A stretch of 63,296 nucleotides of DNA, the filler included, from Reticulomyxa filosa (lineage: Eukaryota > Protista > Foraminifera), in NCBI GenBank assembly GCA_000512085.1. It is 24 parts of 24 records of this genome, joined end to end, with 100 filler letters (N's around TTAATTAATTAA, not from the genome) between each part and the next. Parts side by side here need not be neighbours in the genome. Positions count along the whole stretch, not along the records: positions 10,374 to 13,496 come from ASPP01007435.1; positions 13,597 to 14,687 come from ASPP01009098.1; positions 14,788 to 18,770 come from ASPP01007361.1; positions 18,871 to 20,234 come from ASPP01014533.1; positions 20,335 to 22,175 come from ASPP01024303.1; positions 22,276 to 23,566 come from ASPP01022999.1; positions 23,667 to 24,955 come from ASPP01000972.1; 17 more parts are not named here. One strand, written 5' to 3'. How positions within the stretch are numbered: position 1 is the first letter of the stretch; the number at the start of each line of letters is the position of its first letter. Shown in pieces: positions 11,265 through 23,760 of the stretch. The notes below the pieces were generated by a model, which was not told the DNA's origin, did not search any database, and was given only the letters and a program-made list of their open reading frames with translations. Made by a program: the position numbers and the translations under genes.

Positions 11265-13496
11265 ATGACAAAGACATTGTCATCTAATCCTTCATTGAGC
11301 AGCAGTATTGATTATGATCACACGCCAAGTCTAGATTTTGCAAATATTTCTGTGGATTCTGTTCCTAACAAGCCAAGCGAGACAAAGGAGCAACCAAGCA
11401 CCGTTTCTCGTATGTGAAAAGTGTATTTGATTTGGACATTTGCAAAAAAAGGTATACGCACATGCACATACCAAAAAAAAAAAAAAAAAAGGAACGAGAA
11501 AATTCAGAAAAAGGACAGATAAAATTAGCAATACGAAAAGACGAGAAAAGTGAAGAACAAGAAAATAATGAAATGAAAGGACAGAACAAAAGCAGTAGTA
11601 ACAGCAATAGCAATAGCAATAGCAAAAGTCAAAATCAAAAGCAAAGTCAAAGTCAAAGCAATAAAGAGGAAGAGGAAAAGAAGAGTCAGCAATGGAACGA
11701 ATTGAGACAAAAGCACGAAGCATCACATCCTTACTACCGTAACGCGAGTAAAAGAAAGAGTGCGACAAGCCGGGCGGCAAAGTCGCAATCAATGGAAAGA
11801 GAAAAAGAGTCGAAAGAGAAAAAAGTTTTCTCACAAATAGCTGTAATGGAAACAAAGCAAGACGTCCACGGCATCACAGCGTTGCATTTCTACGATAGCA
11901 ACATCCATTCTTTTCATGACATTCACAACTTGCAAAAAGCAATCCATTTGATCGAATTGGATTTGCATTGCAATTTCATTTGCAAAATCGAGCAGCTGCA
12001 AACCTTGACTAAACTCAAGTTTGATTTCTATTTCAATATTGAAGTTGGTGATTTATTGTATATATGTATATATGTATATATGCATATACATATATGCATA
12101 TATACATATATGTATATACATATATACATATATACATACCTATATATATATATATACATATATGTATAAACAGAATACTCAATTTATCGTCAAATCAAAT
12201 AACGGAAATAACCGGATTGGAGTCATTGAAAGAATTGGAAGAGTTGAACTTATCGTCAAATCGTATATCTGCGATTGATGTGCAAAGCTTGAAGTCGCAG
12301 ACAAAGCTGCGAAAACTGATCCTTTCGTATAACTTCATCGATGATTTGAGGGGATTGCAAGCGTCGTGCTTTCAGATCGCTCCGATGCTGCAGCACTTGG
12401 ACTTGAAAGGGAATTGCTTGGCCGACCTGCGTCAGTTGCACCATTTGGCGCATCTCACTTCGCTGCATCAACTCATTTTGCAAGACGGAACTGACGAAAA
12501 AGCTAATCCCTTTTGCGCACATGCGGTGAGTTTTATTCTTTGTCATTGTTATTATTATTATTATTATTATTGTTTATACTTCAAAAGTTCATTTGAGGAA
12601 AAGAAAAGGAGGGGACCCCTTTTTGAAAAATAAAAAAAATAGCGATACTATCATACGATTGCAAAAGTAGTAAAGAATCTCTGCTGGCTGGATTTAAAAC
12701 TCTTTGACTCTTCCCGGTATGCGGATGACGATGATTGCAATTGGGAAATCCAAATTGTTCCGCATTCGCATCAGTGCAAAAGCAAGTGTCCAAATGCACT
12801 GCAGGCTATGGATAACAGTGCAGAAAAACAGGATCGACCAATAAAGGCGCAGCGATCACACACACACCATCAGCGTCAACATCAGAATCAGCAGCACCGC
12901 CAACACAGGCATTCTCATCGTCATCGTCATCGTCATCGTTGCCAATGCAAAGCTGCCACAAAGCAGTGCACTCGCAAGCATTGTCGAACATGCTTGTCTT
13001 TGGACTCGGCTTCGGATGTCCCTTCTCGCACCCATGGCAGAGATCGACAAGCACCAATGGCAAGGACTGGCTCTCCGTCTTCTTGCTGTTCATCTTCTGC
13101 TTCGGAAGACGAAAAAGAAGAAGAAGAAGAAGAAGATGATGATGATGAAGACAAAAATGAAGATAATGATGACATTGATGAAGAGGAAGTAGCAGCAGAA
13201 GAAGAAGAAATAGAAGTAGAAGTGAATAAAAAAAAAGAGATTGAAAAAAAGAAAAGATACAAATCACACGCTGCTATTAACAACACGAGCGCAAGAAAAC
13301 GCAATGGACCACATGTCAACAACCATAGCCACAATAACAATAGCAATGTCAATGGCAACAATCGTACACACAGCAATCCACAAACCAAACGGATCAAATC
13401 TTCCGCTTCAAAACACAAAACATTGGAATTGCAAAGATGCAACCAAAGAAAACAACAGATGCTCAATCTAAAGTTTTTATTTTATTTTTTTTTTTT
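11265..13496 (+). CDS. LRRCC1: Leucine-rich repeat and coiled-coil centriolar protein, LRRCC1/VFL1-like (spliced, 3' truncated)
   Basis: SDS22-type LRRs LDLHCNFICKIEQL, LNLSSNQITEITGL and LSYNFIDDLRGL, with LRR cap LILQDG..NPFC. Intron 12019-12173 restores the frame. Confidence 0.7.
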
Positions 13497-13596
13497 NNNN
13501 NNNNNNNNNNNNNNNNNNNNNNNNNNNNNNNNNNNNNNNNTTAATTAATTAANNNNNNNNNNNNNNNNNNNNNNNNNNNNNNNNNNNNNNNNNNNN

Positions 13597-14422
13597 GCCG
13601 TCCAGTGCAAGCTGCCGGCAATGTAGCCCTTGGCGGCGTCGCCGGCGGCGATGGCGTCTTCTTCCGAGCCGCCCCACCAGTTGGACACGATCTGCTCACG
13701 CGGGTAGCCCACTTTCTGCGCCGATTTCAGCGCTGCCGGCGTCATCACGCCCCAGCTGCGCAGTACCACGAAGTCCGGGCGCTCGCGGCGGATGTCCAGC
13801 CACTGCGACTGTTGCTCGGTGCCCGGCGCCGGCACCTCGATGTGTTTCAGCTCGAAGCCGTGCTTCTTGGCCATGGCGTCCAGTACCGGGATGGTTTCCT
13901 TGCCGTAGGCCGAGCCGTGGTACAGGTTGACGATTTTCTTGCCGCGCAATTTGTCCATGCCGCCCAGGCGCTGGCCGATGAACTGGATCTTGGCGGTGGC
14001 CTGGCTCCAGTAGCTGGTGATCAGCGGGAAGGTGTACTTGAAGGCGCGGCCATCCTGCGCGTCGGCACGGCCGAAGCCCATGGTCATCAGCGGGATCTTG
14101 TCCTTGTCGGCGCGATCCATCACCGCGTAGGTAATGCCGGTGGACATGAAGTTGAAGGCGCTGGCGCCGCCGTTCTTGGCCTTCAGCCGCTCGTAGCACT
14201 CTACGCCACGGTCGTTCTTGTATTCGGTTTCGCACTCTTCGTAGGTGAGCTTCACGCCACCGACGCCGCCTTCCTTCAGGTTGACGTAGTTCAGGTAGTC
14301 GATCATGCCGCCGTAGAACTTGGCGCCGCCGGACGCGTACGGCCCCACGCGGTAGCTGGGGATGGGGATGAACTGGTCGGCGGCAATGGCGCTGCCGGCC
14401 ACGGTGGCCAGTACCAGGGATG
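13597..14422 (-). CDS. Bacterial branched-chain amino-acid-type ABC transporter substrate-binding protein (both ends truncated)
   Basis: QFIPIPSYRVGPYA, EECETEYKNDRGVECYERLK, YHGSAYGKE. Partial signal peptide SLVLATVAGSAIAA. GC-rich. Confidence 0.92.
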
Positions 14423-14687
14423 CTGGGCACGGTGGACGCGCAAGCGTTCGACCTGCACCGCTCGTTCCAGATCCTGTTCATGATCATCATCGGCGGCGTC
14501 GGCAGCATTCTGGGGTCGTTCCTGGGCGCCGCCTTCATCGTGCTGCTGCCGATCTGCCTGAACCTGGTCGGCCAGCTGTTTCACGGCGCCATCAGCACGC
14601 AGTTTCTGGCCAACCTGGAAATGATGCTGGTTCGGCGGCCTGATCATCTTCTTCCTGATCGTGGAGCCGCACGGCCTGGCGCGGCTG
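14423..14687 (+). CDS. livM: Bacterial LivM-type ABC permease, C-terminal fragment
   Basis: LGTVDAQAFDLHRSFQILFMIIIGGVGSILGSFLGAAFIVLLP; frameshift near 14630. Confidence 0.85.
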
Positions 14688-14787
14688 NNNNNNNNNNNNN
14701 NNNNNNNNNNNNNNNNNNNNNNNNNNNNNNNTTAATTAATTAANNNNNNNNNNNNNNNNNNNNNNNNNNNNNNNNNNNNNNNNNNNN

Positions 14788-15898
14788 AAAAAAAAAAAAA
14801 ACAGAGACAAAAAATATCATAACCATCCTGGGGCATTGGATTAGATTGTTGGATATCAAACTAGGATGGATTGATAATTTCAACATTGTCATTGTACAAT
14901 ATACTTTGGTACGTCATGTTTGTATTTGTCGTTGAGTATGTCAATCCGCCTGAAAACAAAAACAAAAAAAAAAAAAATATATTTCAAAATAGATGGAGTA
15001 CTTCAAAAAGCAAGAGACTCTGACTGGACATTCAGAGCGTGTTAACAGCGTAAAGTTTTCAGTAGATAAAACCAAACTTGTTTCCTGTTCTCATGATCAG
15101 ACGATCCGAATATGGGATGTAAACTCGAAAAAAGAATGTACAGTGCTAAGGGGGCATTCGAAAAGCGTAGTAAATGCGCAATTTTCACCAGATGGTAGCA
15201 TGGTCGTATCATATGCAAAAGACGATACAATTCGGTTGTGGGACGTAAGATCTGAAACAGAAATCATGCAAAAACATTTAACTCATGTGACAAGTGTCCA
15301 ATTTTCGCCAAAAGGAGACTCGATTGTATCGTCTTCAAACGATGGTGCAATTTGCTTTTGGGCTGTCAGTTCTGGACAATTAATTAAAAAACTTGAAGAA
15401 GATGGTGTAATTTTCGATATACAATTTTCACCAGATGGACAATTGCTTGTATCATCTTTGAGTAACAATACAATTGCAATATGGAATGTGAAATCAAGTG
15501 AGAAAGTACATGTACTGAGAGGACATTCCGATATTGTGCGCAAAGCTGCTTTTTCTTCTGATGGCAGATTTGTCGTTTCATGCTCGAGTGATAATACAAT
15601 TCGCACATGGGACGCAATTGCAGGGACTGAGATTCAAAAATTCGAAGCAGGCTCCGAGGGCACACACGATGTGAAATTTTTACCTAGTGGTCAGATAATT
15701 GTAGCTTGTTTGTCGGAAAAAGTTCAGTTATGGGATGTAAAACTAAAAGTGGTTATACAAAAATTTGGAGGGTATGAAATGTGCAAGATAAGTATTGATG
15801 TTTCATCTGACGGAAATATGATTGCATTATCACTTGAAAATGCTACAATTAAATTGCTGAAAAAGATTGTATTATTCAAAAAAATTCTAAAAAAATGA
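14788..15898 (+). CDS. WD40-repeat protein with N-terminal HWIR motif (exons ..14908 and 14993-15898)
   Basis: About seven GH...WD repeats. The upstream exon encodes IITILGHWIRLLDIKLGWIDNFNIVIVQY; GT..AG intron 14909-14992 is in phase. Confidence 0.9.
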
Positions 15899-16050
15899 AC
15901 ATTTGAACAACTTGGCAAGTGATTTTTGTTTTTTTCAAACATGTGATAAACTATTGTTGTATTTTCCTATCATTTTTTTTTTGACATTTTCGAAAATTAG
16001 AGCTTTTAGTTTAAAAACAGCAGCAAAGTGTAAACTTGATGTCAAAAGAT

Positions 16051-16651
16051 TTAACCTTCATTGTCAGTTCTGGTGACATTAATTGAACATAATAGGATAG
16101 TTTGACCATCTGGAAAATATTTCACATCTACAGTTTGTAAATGTCCCTGCAATTTTTTTAGTTGTGTCCCAGATTCTGAGTCCCAAATTCGAATTGTACT
16201 ATCAGATAAGCACGAAATGACGGATTGATTGTCTGGAGAAAAGTCTGCTCGATTGATATAGGCTGGATAGACGTTCGATTGTTTTACAATTTTCCTTGAC
16301 TTTACATCCCATATAATTATTATTCCCTCGGTAGACCATGACACAAACTTTTCTCCAGATGGTGAAAATTGTACACCAACGACGATATTTGAATTTCCAA
16401 TAAAGCTTTTCAATTCGTTCCCAGGTTTTACATCCTACAACCGAATTAATCTATCGCTTGAGATTGACACAACAGTTGTCCCATCTGGTGAAAATTGAGT
16501 ATGCCTTATAAATTCTGAAAGTTTTAATTGTCTGGATTTTTGTCCAGAATTTACATCCCAGTGTTTGAAAAGGGGTTATAATATTGGTGCTTACATTTTG
16601 GTTTACTTTAATTTCGCTTGGATTCATTAATGTCGTTGTTGTACTTTTCAA
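16051..16651 (-). pseudogene. Degenerate WD40-repeat paralogue
   Basis: WD40 repeats (VQFSPSG, TIRIWDSESG, GHLQTV) interrupted by stops and frameshifts between 16413 and 16560. Confidence 0.7.
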
Positions 16652-16867
16652 TGATACTATTTTATATAAATTATTTATTACCTACTGATCTTTTAAAAAT
16701 TGAATCTCAGAAAGGTCATTTTTGTCGATGTCTAATTTATACTTTGTTATTTTCGGGATAGTTTGAACAAAAAGGTAGGTGACATGGAGTTGTTTATTTG
16801 TTGCTTCTTCAAGTTACATAACTGTTAAATTATGTGACAAACATAAAAATTTGTTATTTTCTTTTTA

Positions 16868-18290
16868 TCAAGTATTAGTAAACAATTCATCATTTAATTG
16901 TAGTATATTTTCTTTAGTCTCCACCGTTCTTCGATCCCATTCTCCCCATACAACACTATATACTTTCCATGCTTCTGTATAATATTTGCAAGCAGATTGT
17001 TTATCATTTCTTATTGTGAAGACAAGTCCCAAGTTCCAATATGAATCACCGACGTACCGGCTCGAATTTCCAAATATTCCTGCCCAAATCTTCAAAGCTG
17101 TCTTGTGACATGTGATTGAATTGGTGTATTGATGTTTTCTACGAAAAATAAATCCTAAAGTGTGATACATGTTAGCGACCCAAGCATGCTTGGCTCCATA
17201 AATACGTAAGGTGATCTTTAAAGTCTGTTCACAGCATTCCATTGCTTTATCATATTTAGTACCAGAGCGATATACATATGCCAAATTGTTATACAGGTCA
17301 GCAACATAGGGATGAATATGTCCAAATGTGTCAATAGCAAGTTGTAGCGCTTGTCCTGAATAATCAATAGACTTAGCAAAATCTTCACGTTTTAAGAATT
17401 CTTCTGACTTGTGTGCGAGATCTTGAAGTTGTATTAAAATATCATGGTTTATTCTTGTATTCCATTGAATTGGTGAAATTGATTGTGTCAATTTTTTATC
17501 AACAATTGTATTCTTTGTAACAAATAGTTGTGTTGTGATAGTTGCTGTTCCTTTGCATTGAATTTCACAGTCAATTGCATACATATTTCCATCAATAGTT
17601 ATACCTTCGTCTAATATCACTGTGTTACTTGCAATCAAATATACACAATATTCTCCATATGATATTTTGACAATACCATCTCTGTTGATTAATGCAATGA
17701 ATGAAAAAGAATCAAGAAAACGATATAATCTCAGATATTGACTTTGCCATTGAAAAGTATTACTAGCAACAACAATTAATCCTTGCTCGTTTTTGTCAAT
17801 CATCTGTCCAACAAGTCTCACTGCTTCAATATTTGATATTTTCCAATTTTCGTTCCAGTGTTTCTTAAAATCCAAAGTATTTTTAATTTTGTCATTTATC
17901 ATCTCATCTTTTTCATTTTTGTTATCATTACAACTTTTTTGTGATTCTCCTTTTATCTTTTCTTTGGTATCTGTTTTATTCAAGAAATTCTTTTATTTAT
18001 TTTTTTTTTTTTTTTGATTAATTGTTTTTGAATGATTGCATTTAGAGAACCAAACTTGACCGGAAATAGATTAAAAAATGTGAAATATCAGAGTCAAAGC
18101 TTTGTTGAAGCTGCTGATTTGTATTAATCTTTTGGCCAGTACTATTGATAATCTTTTCAATAGCCATATTTTCTTTTTTATTGATTTCACTTATTTCAAT
18201 CATTTGCTCTTTCAAGTTTTCAATCGTCAACATTGCTAGTGTTACTTCGTATGTTTTTGAATCAATTGTTATGCTTGCCTTCCACGTCAT
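16868..18290 (-). CDS. TPR protein (kinesin-light-chain-like repeats) with a small N-terminal beta-grasp-like exon
   Basis: HPYVADLYNNLAYVY, HAWVANMYHTLG and VGDSYWNLG repeats. Exon 1 is about 18290-18061. Confidence 0.85.
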
Positions 18291-18870
18291 TCTTTGAATT
18301 GCAAATCTTTTGAAATACTTGGATGTTTGGAATATGTAAATTAATATTACTAAAAAAAAGATTAGGTTTACTTTTTAAGTGTTCTCGTTCAGTGGTTAAT
18401 CACATTTTTTAAAAATAATTTATCAACTATGGTCCTCATTCTAGATACGATCCATTTTATTAGAGTACCGAAAAGTGGGTGAATACCTACTTTTCACGTA
18501 ATTTCCAAACAGTCAAAATATAGAATGTTGTGCCAAGAAAGCAATTAATTAAATTATATTTACGTATTAGAAGAGCTTTTTCATTAAAAACAATTTTATG
18601 TGTCTTGATATTGAAAGAGAGCTACTCTTGACGGTACATGTTTCATTCAAATTAACATATGATGTAATTTGCAAAAGTGTCGTTCTAAAGAGATGAAAAA
18701 GCATATTGGTAAGAAAATGACCGTTTGATCGGATAGCAAAAAAAAAAAAAAAAAGAAGTAGGTTTTTTTGNNNNNNNNNNNNNNNNNNNNNNNNNNNNNN
18801 NNNNNNNNNNNNNNTTAATTAATTAANNNNNNNNNNNNNNNNNNNNNNNNNNNNNNNNNNNNNNNNNNNN

Positions 18871-19745
18871 TTATCAAATAGTCAAGCACAAATTGTATAT
18901 CCATTACAATCAATCGCAACAATAATGTCACACTTATTACTATTGCTGTTATTACTTTGCAATGGTGAAATATCAACACAACAAACAATAACTTCATGTC
19001 CATTGAAAACATGTAATGATCTAGATATTTTAACATTCAATAAACGAACTGTTTTGTCATATGATCCAAAACACAAATATCTATAACCATTAAATGACAA
19101 AAATTCAATGTCACGAACAGCATTAGTGTGTCCATTGAATACTTGAAATTGTTGATTATGTTTGAAATCCCAAAAACGAATTGTTTTATCATCTGATGAA
19201 GAACAAATAACACTACTACGATACTTACAATAATAATGTGATGAAAATTTTGCACAATTTACAGCTATTTCATGTTTATTGGATGATTCGATGAGTTTAT
19301 TAGTATCTAAATCCCATGCACGAACTGTGTTACTACATGATCCAAAACAGATATATTGATAACAATTAAATATTGAATTAGTACTATTCACGATGCTTGT
19401 GTAACTAGTGAATGTATTGAGTACTTAGATGACAAACAAAACGTCTCAAGCATGAAAACAGTAGCCGCATGTATAGAATGTAACATAAATAATAACAAGT
19501 TACTGAATGAACAAAAGCAAAAGAACTAACATAATTTACACTAATTTGTCAATTATAGACACATCATAATTTAATTTTTAATTTCATACTCAAATTTTCA
19601 ACGATAACTTGAATATCTTCTTTTGACTGATTCAATTATAAATCATAAAATAAATATAATACAAAATTGACAAGGTTTATAAAAAATTGAAATAAGCTTA
19701 CTAATATATTTTGCGTTAAAACATGGAAGATAGTCATTCTTTCAA
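18871..19745 (-). pseudogene. Degenerate WD40 (G-beta-like) paralogue with a decayed HWIR exon
   Basis: ICSSSDDKTIRFWD, FNGHTNAV and SYDKTVRL repeats. Frameshifts, and an upstream exon EDIQVIVENLSMKLKIKL* with a stop. Confidence 0.75.
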
Positions 19746-20048
19746 TACTTTTGATTTTTTTTGCACTTAAAATTTTATTAAAAGTAAGATTAAACTATTT
19801 AAAATTATTTTATCAATAAAAAAGCTGCCAAAAACAGCTTAACATAATAAACACAAAAAATTTTGTCTCATTACTATTGCCAAATAAATAATGTAACTAT
19901 TTCAATTAAACACTCATTACACTCTTCAATTGAAGCAAATATTATGCTTATTCACTTTTAAAAAACAGCCAAAAAAATAACAACAATAAAACAATGTTTC
20001 AATAAAAAAAATTTAAATAGCACAAAATAATAAACTAAAAAAAAATTA

Positions 20049-20183
20049 AAAAATTAAGTTTGAACTAACGCCCTTGGGAAAAACAGAAAATAAAACAAAA
20101 TATATTCGCCGGCACAAGGTGCCGGCGAACAAATTTTTTTTTATTTTGTTTTTGTCAAGGGCGTTAGTTCAAACTTAATTTTT
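20049..20183. mobile_element. 135-bp foldback/MITE-like palindromic element
   Basis: 28-bp perfect outer inverted repeat AAAAATTAAGTTTGAACTAACGCCCTTG (20049-20076 / 20156-20183) and 11-bp inner stem TTCGCCGGCAC-aag-GTGCCGGCGAA (20105-20129). Confidence 0.7.
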
Positions 20184-20369
20184 ATTTCACACATGAATAA
20201 AGTTTCGTATGGCACAAAAATTTAGATTTAAAAANNNNNNNNNNNNNNNNNNNNNNNNNNNNNNNNNNNNNNNNNNNNTTAATTAATTAANNNNNNNNNN
20301 NNNNNNNNNNNNNNNNNNNNNNNNNNNNNNNNNNGTTTTAAAAAAGAATATATATATTAAATTAATCAA

Positions 20370-21898
20370 TTATATATTAAATAAATAAATAAATAATTTG
20401 AAATACCTTTGAGAAAATTTTTTTCGAAAATGTGTAAATTTTGACATTGCATTAGTATGTTCACCAGCACTAAAGCTAACAACAACTCTTTTATCAAATG
20501 ATAAATCCATATGATCAATAGCAGATAAATTATGATTACCAACAACATGTAATAAGCGATGTGGATAAAGAGATATTAAGCGAATAAGACCATCAGCACA
20601 TGCAGTTAACATAGAATCTTCATCGAATTTAATACAATGATTCATCCATTGTCCATGACCTCTAATGCGATCCGAAAAAAGTCCAAATCGATCCCATTCC
20701 CAGATATTGATATATCCACTTATCATTCCACTGCATAATTTTTTTCCAAATTTCATTAAAGTGAGTGAAAGAATTTCATCATTTAAATTATCAGATAACG
20801 CATATAATTTATTTTTGCGTAAGTCCCAAGTGGACAATAGACCATCATTACTTCCTGCAAATAGACGATTGCGATGCCACACGCTAAACATGCAAACAAT
20901 TGCTCCTTGTTGTTCTTGAAATGTTTCCACTGTATTTTTATTGTTTATATATATCTTTACATAATATTGTTAATTACACTACAGCATATATTTTTAAAAA
21001 AAAAAAAAAACAAACTTGATTTGGATTTAATGTTGGATTTGGATTGTTGTCGATGATTGATCTTGATAACAGCATTTCTGGCTTCTCTCAAATCCCAGAG
21101 TTTGACAGTGCCATTATCATATCCAGTAGCAAACATGTCTTGATTGTAAACATTAAGACAAGTAAGTGGACTAGTTTCACCATTATTCATAGTATCTCCA
21201 TACAATATATCTTGGACGTTGAATAAATGAGTTTGCTTATGCAGATCGATAATAGAAATGGTATTATCATTCCATATGGTTACAATCGAATCTCCTTGTT
21301 TATTAAAACATGCCTTTACACATACATATTCCAATAATTCTTTCTCATCATCTGTCATTCCCTTCACATTCAATTTTATGTGTTTCTGGTTTTGTCTTTT
21401 CAATGTATTCTCTTTTAACTCTTTTTCTTTTTCTTTCAAAAATGTTTCAAATTGTTCATCTGTCATCATTGCCAATGCTTCATCATCGATATCATTCGTA
21501 TTGAGATTGTCTTCTTCTTTTACTTCTTTTCTTTCATTGTCATTATCATTGCTTTGAATTACTTTTTGCGATTTGTTGGGTGAAGCAATTGATGAAATTG
21601 AAATACGTGGACCTTCTGATTGGCTATTCTCTCGTGTCACTTTATTGATATTATTCTTGTTTGTTACATGTGGATGATGAAATGTATGCACATTTTTGTC
21701 TTTGAACATATCGAGATCCAAACGATGGATATTCACATCTCCATTTTGTAAAGAACATAAATATAAATGGTCTGACGGGTGACATTGCAATGACGTGAGA
21801 GCATGAGTTAGATCCTTAGATTTCCAATTGCTATACTTCTTTCTTTTAAGTGCAGGTTCATCTAAACTCTTTTTGGGGAGAGAGCGTTTTCCAAGCAT
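20370..21898 (-). CDS. WDR55: WD repeat-containing protein 55 (JIP5-like ribosome biogenesis factor), at least 2 exons
   Basis: FATGYDNGTVKLWDLR, DEILSLTLMKFGKKLCSG, DRIRGH, DEDSMLTACADGLIRLISLYPHRLLHVVGNH. Confidence 0.8.
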
Positions 21899-22275
21899 TA
21901 AAGTATTACCTGAAAGTTTCTAACAAGAACCCCTTTTTTTTTTTTCAAACTATTCGTATTGATTTATATTTGTTGTAAACAAGTTTTCTTTACGTAAAAA
22001 AAAAAAAAATCAAAATTTAACAAATCTTTATATCTTTTTTTTTTCACTAATTGTGGATGATAGAGAGAGAGAGAGAGAGAGAGTATGAGAGAGTGTGCAA
22101 GTGTGCGCTCGAAAAAAAAACTACTTCTGTCTTTTTCCATCACAAAAACCATCTCACATGGCTTTCACTACTTTCNNNNNNNNNNNNNNNNNNNNNNNNN
22201 NNNNNNNNNNNNNNNNNNNTTAATTAATTAANNNNNNNNNNNNNNNNNNNNNNNNNNNNNNNNNNNNNNNNNNNN

Positions 22276-22315
<40 letters not shown>

Positions 22316-22316
22316 G

Positions 22317-22669
22317 TTAACCAGAGGTCAGATAGTACAGCTGTGGGAAACCGATGTATTCGGTGCCACACTCACTTTCATTCACCACATTTGTATAGAA
22401 ATTGGCTGCAAATACATCAAAGTGTGTCTCAAAATATGTCATGTCGAAAGGACATGCCGTTTGAAAGTTAATTACTAAATATTTTTTGCATGCTGTTCCG
22501 TTTGCAGAGTTTTTGTTGTGTGTAAATTCGTGTTTGAAGGAACTACAAAAAAAAAATACAAACAACACATACACTCACATTCCTCACAAACTCCATACAA
22601 TGGTACCAATAACAACGTGAAAAGAATAAAATGCAAAAAGAATTGCCAAGCAACTCTTTTGGTTAACAT
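22317..22669 (-). CDS. Secreted protein of unknown function, 5' exons
   Basis: Signal-peptide-like MLTKRVAWQFFLHFILFTLLLVPLYGVC, a short intron, then a Cys-containing exon. Confidence 0.45.
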
Positions 22670-23666
22670 TTCTTTGTTTTGTTTTTAGAGAATATTTTTA
22701 TTCTTGCCCTTTCAAAACTCAACTTGTAGTTTTAAAGAGTCAGTTTTTTTTTACGCGGTAACTTACAGCACAACCAATACCCAAAAAATGTATCATTGAA
22801 ATTAACTTTGATTTGTAGATTAGGAATATATTTTTAATATACTCCCTTTGGTTTTTTAAGAAGGTAATTGCAGATTACTGTCGTTCTTTGTTGCAAGTTT
22901 ACCTTTTTTGGTCCCATAAGTAAGTGATAATTCAAAACAGTAAGTACAATTTTTAGAGAAGAAACGGCCTGGAAGGACTTGCCACTTTCACGTCATTTTG
23001 TTCAATTTAGCTCCTTGCTGTTTCACATCAATAAATCTGCGATTTAGTCATTCCCAAAAAAAATCACAATTTGGCTATCCAAACTGTTGTTACGAGAAAA
23101 TTATCAACTTTTGTTGAACGTTGCGTTTTTAGTAGTCGTTTCAAGAGTTAGATGTAACTGTCAGCAAAAGCTGGGGAGAGAAAACGAGATTATCATTGAA
23201 AGTATTGAGACAAGATGAGGCAAAAGTTTTAAGTCTAGAGTACACTGTCGTTTAACTTTTGTGCATTACAATACATTGCTTTTTTTTTGGAAAATTAATG
23301 AATCTATCATTATACAATTCTTGCAAACTTGCATATATTAAACAAGCAGACTGATAAATATCTATATGCTGATTGAATACTCATAGAACAAAGCATTTTC
23401 AGTTTCTTTTTTGAAACTCTTTCAAAAAAAGACTCCAAATTATTAAAGAATTTGAAAAACAGAAAATAAATGTTGGATTTAACAACAGTAGAAGAAACAT
23501 CACTTAAAGATTATTACAACGAAAACTGGATAAAGAGTTCAAACACTTCCCGAAGCACTAATGGCTNNNNNNNNNNNNNNNNNNNNNNNNNNNNNNNNNN
23601 NNNNNNNNNNTTAATTAATTAANNNNNNNNNNNNNNNNNNNNNNNNNNNNNNNNNNNNNNNNNNNN

Positions 23667-23760
23667 GACAACGAGTTTGTCAAAATCTTTGATCCATCCT
23701 AATTGAATGTTTAGTATTCGAATCCAATGATGAATAATGATTTGGATCTCTTCTTTTGAC
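23667..23760 (-). CDS. HWIR-motif exon of another WD40-family paralogue (truncated by contig end)
   Basis: Translates as KEEIQIIIHHWIRILNIQLGWIKDFDKLVV. Confidence 0.75.

Noticed and set aside
13605-14538. Overlapping long ORFs on the GC-rich bacterial contig
   Set aside because: Expected stop-poor alternative frames in high-GC DNA.
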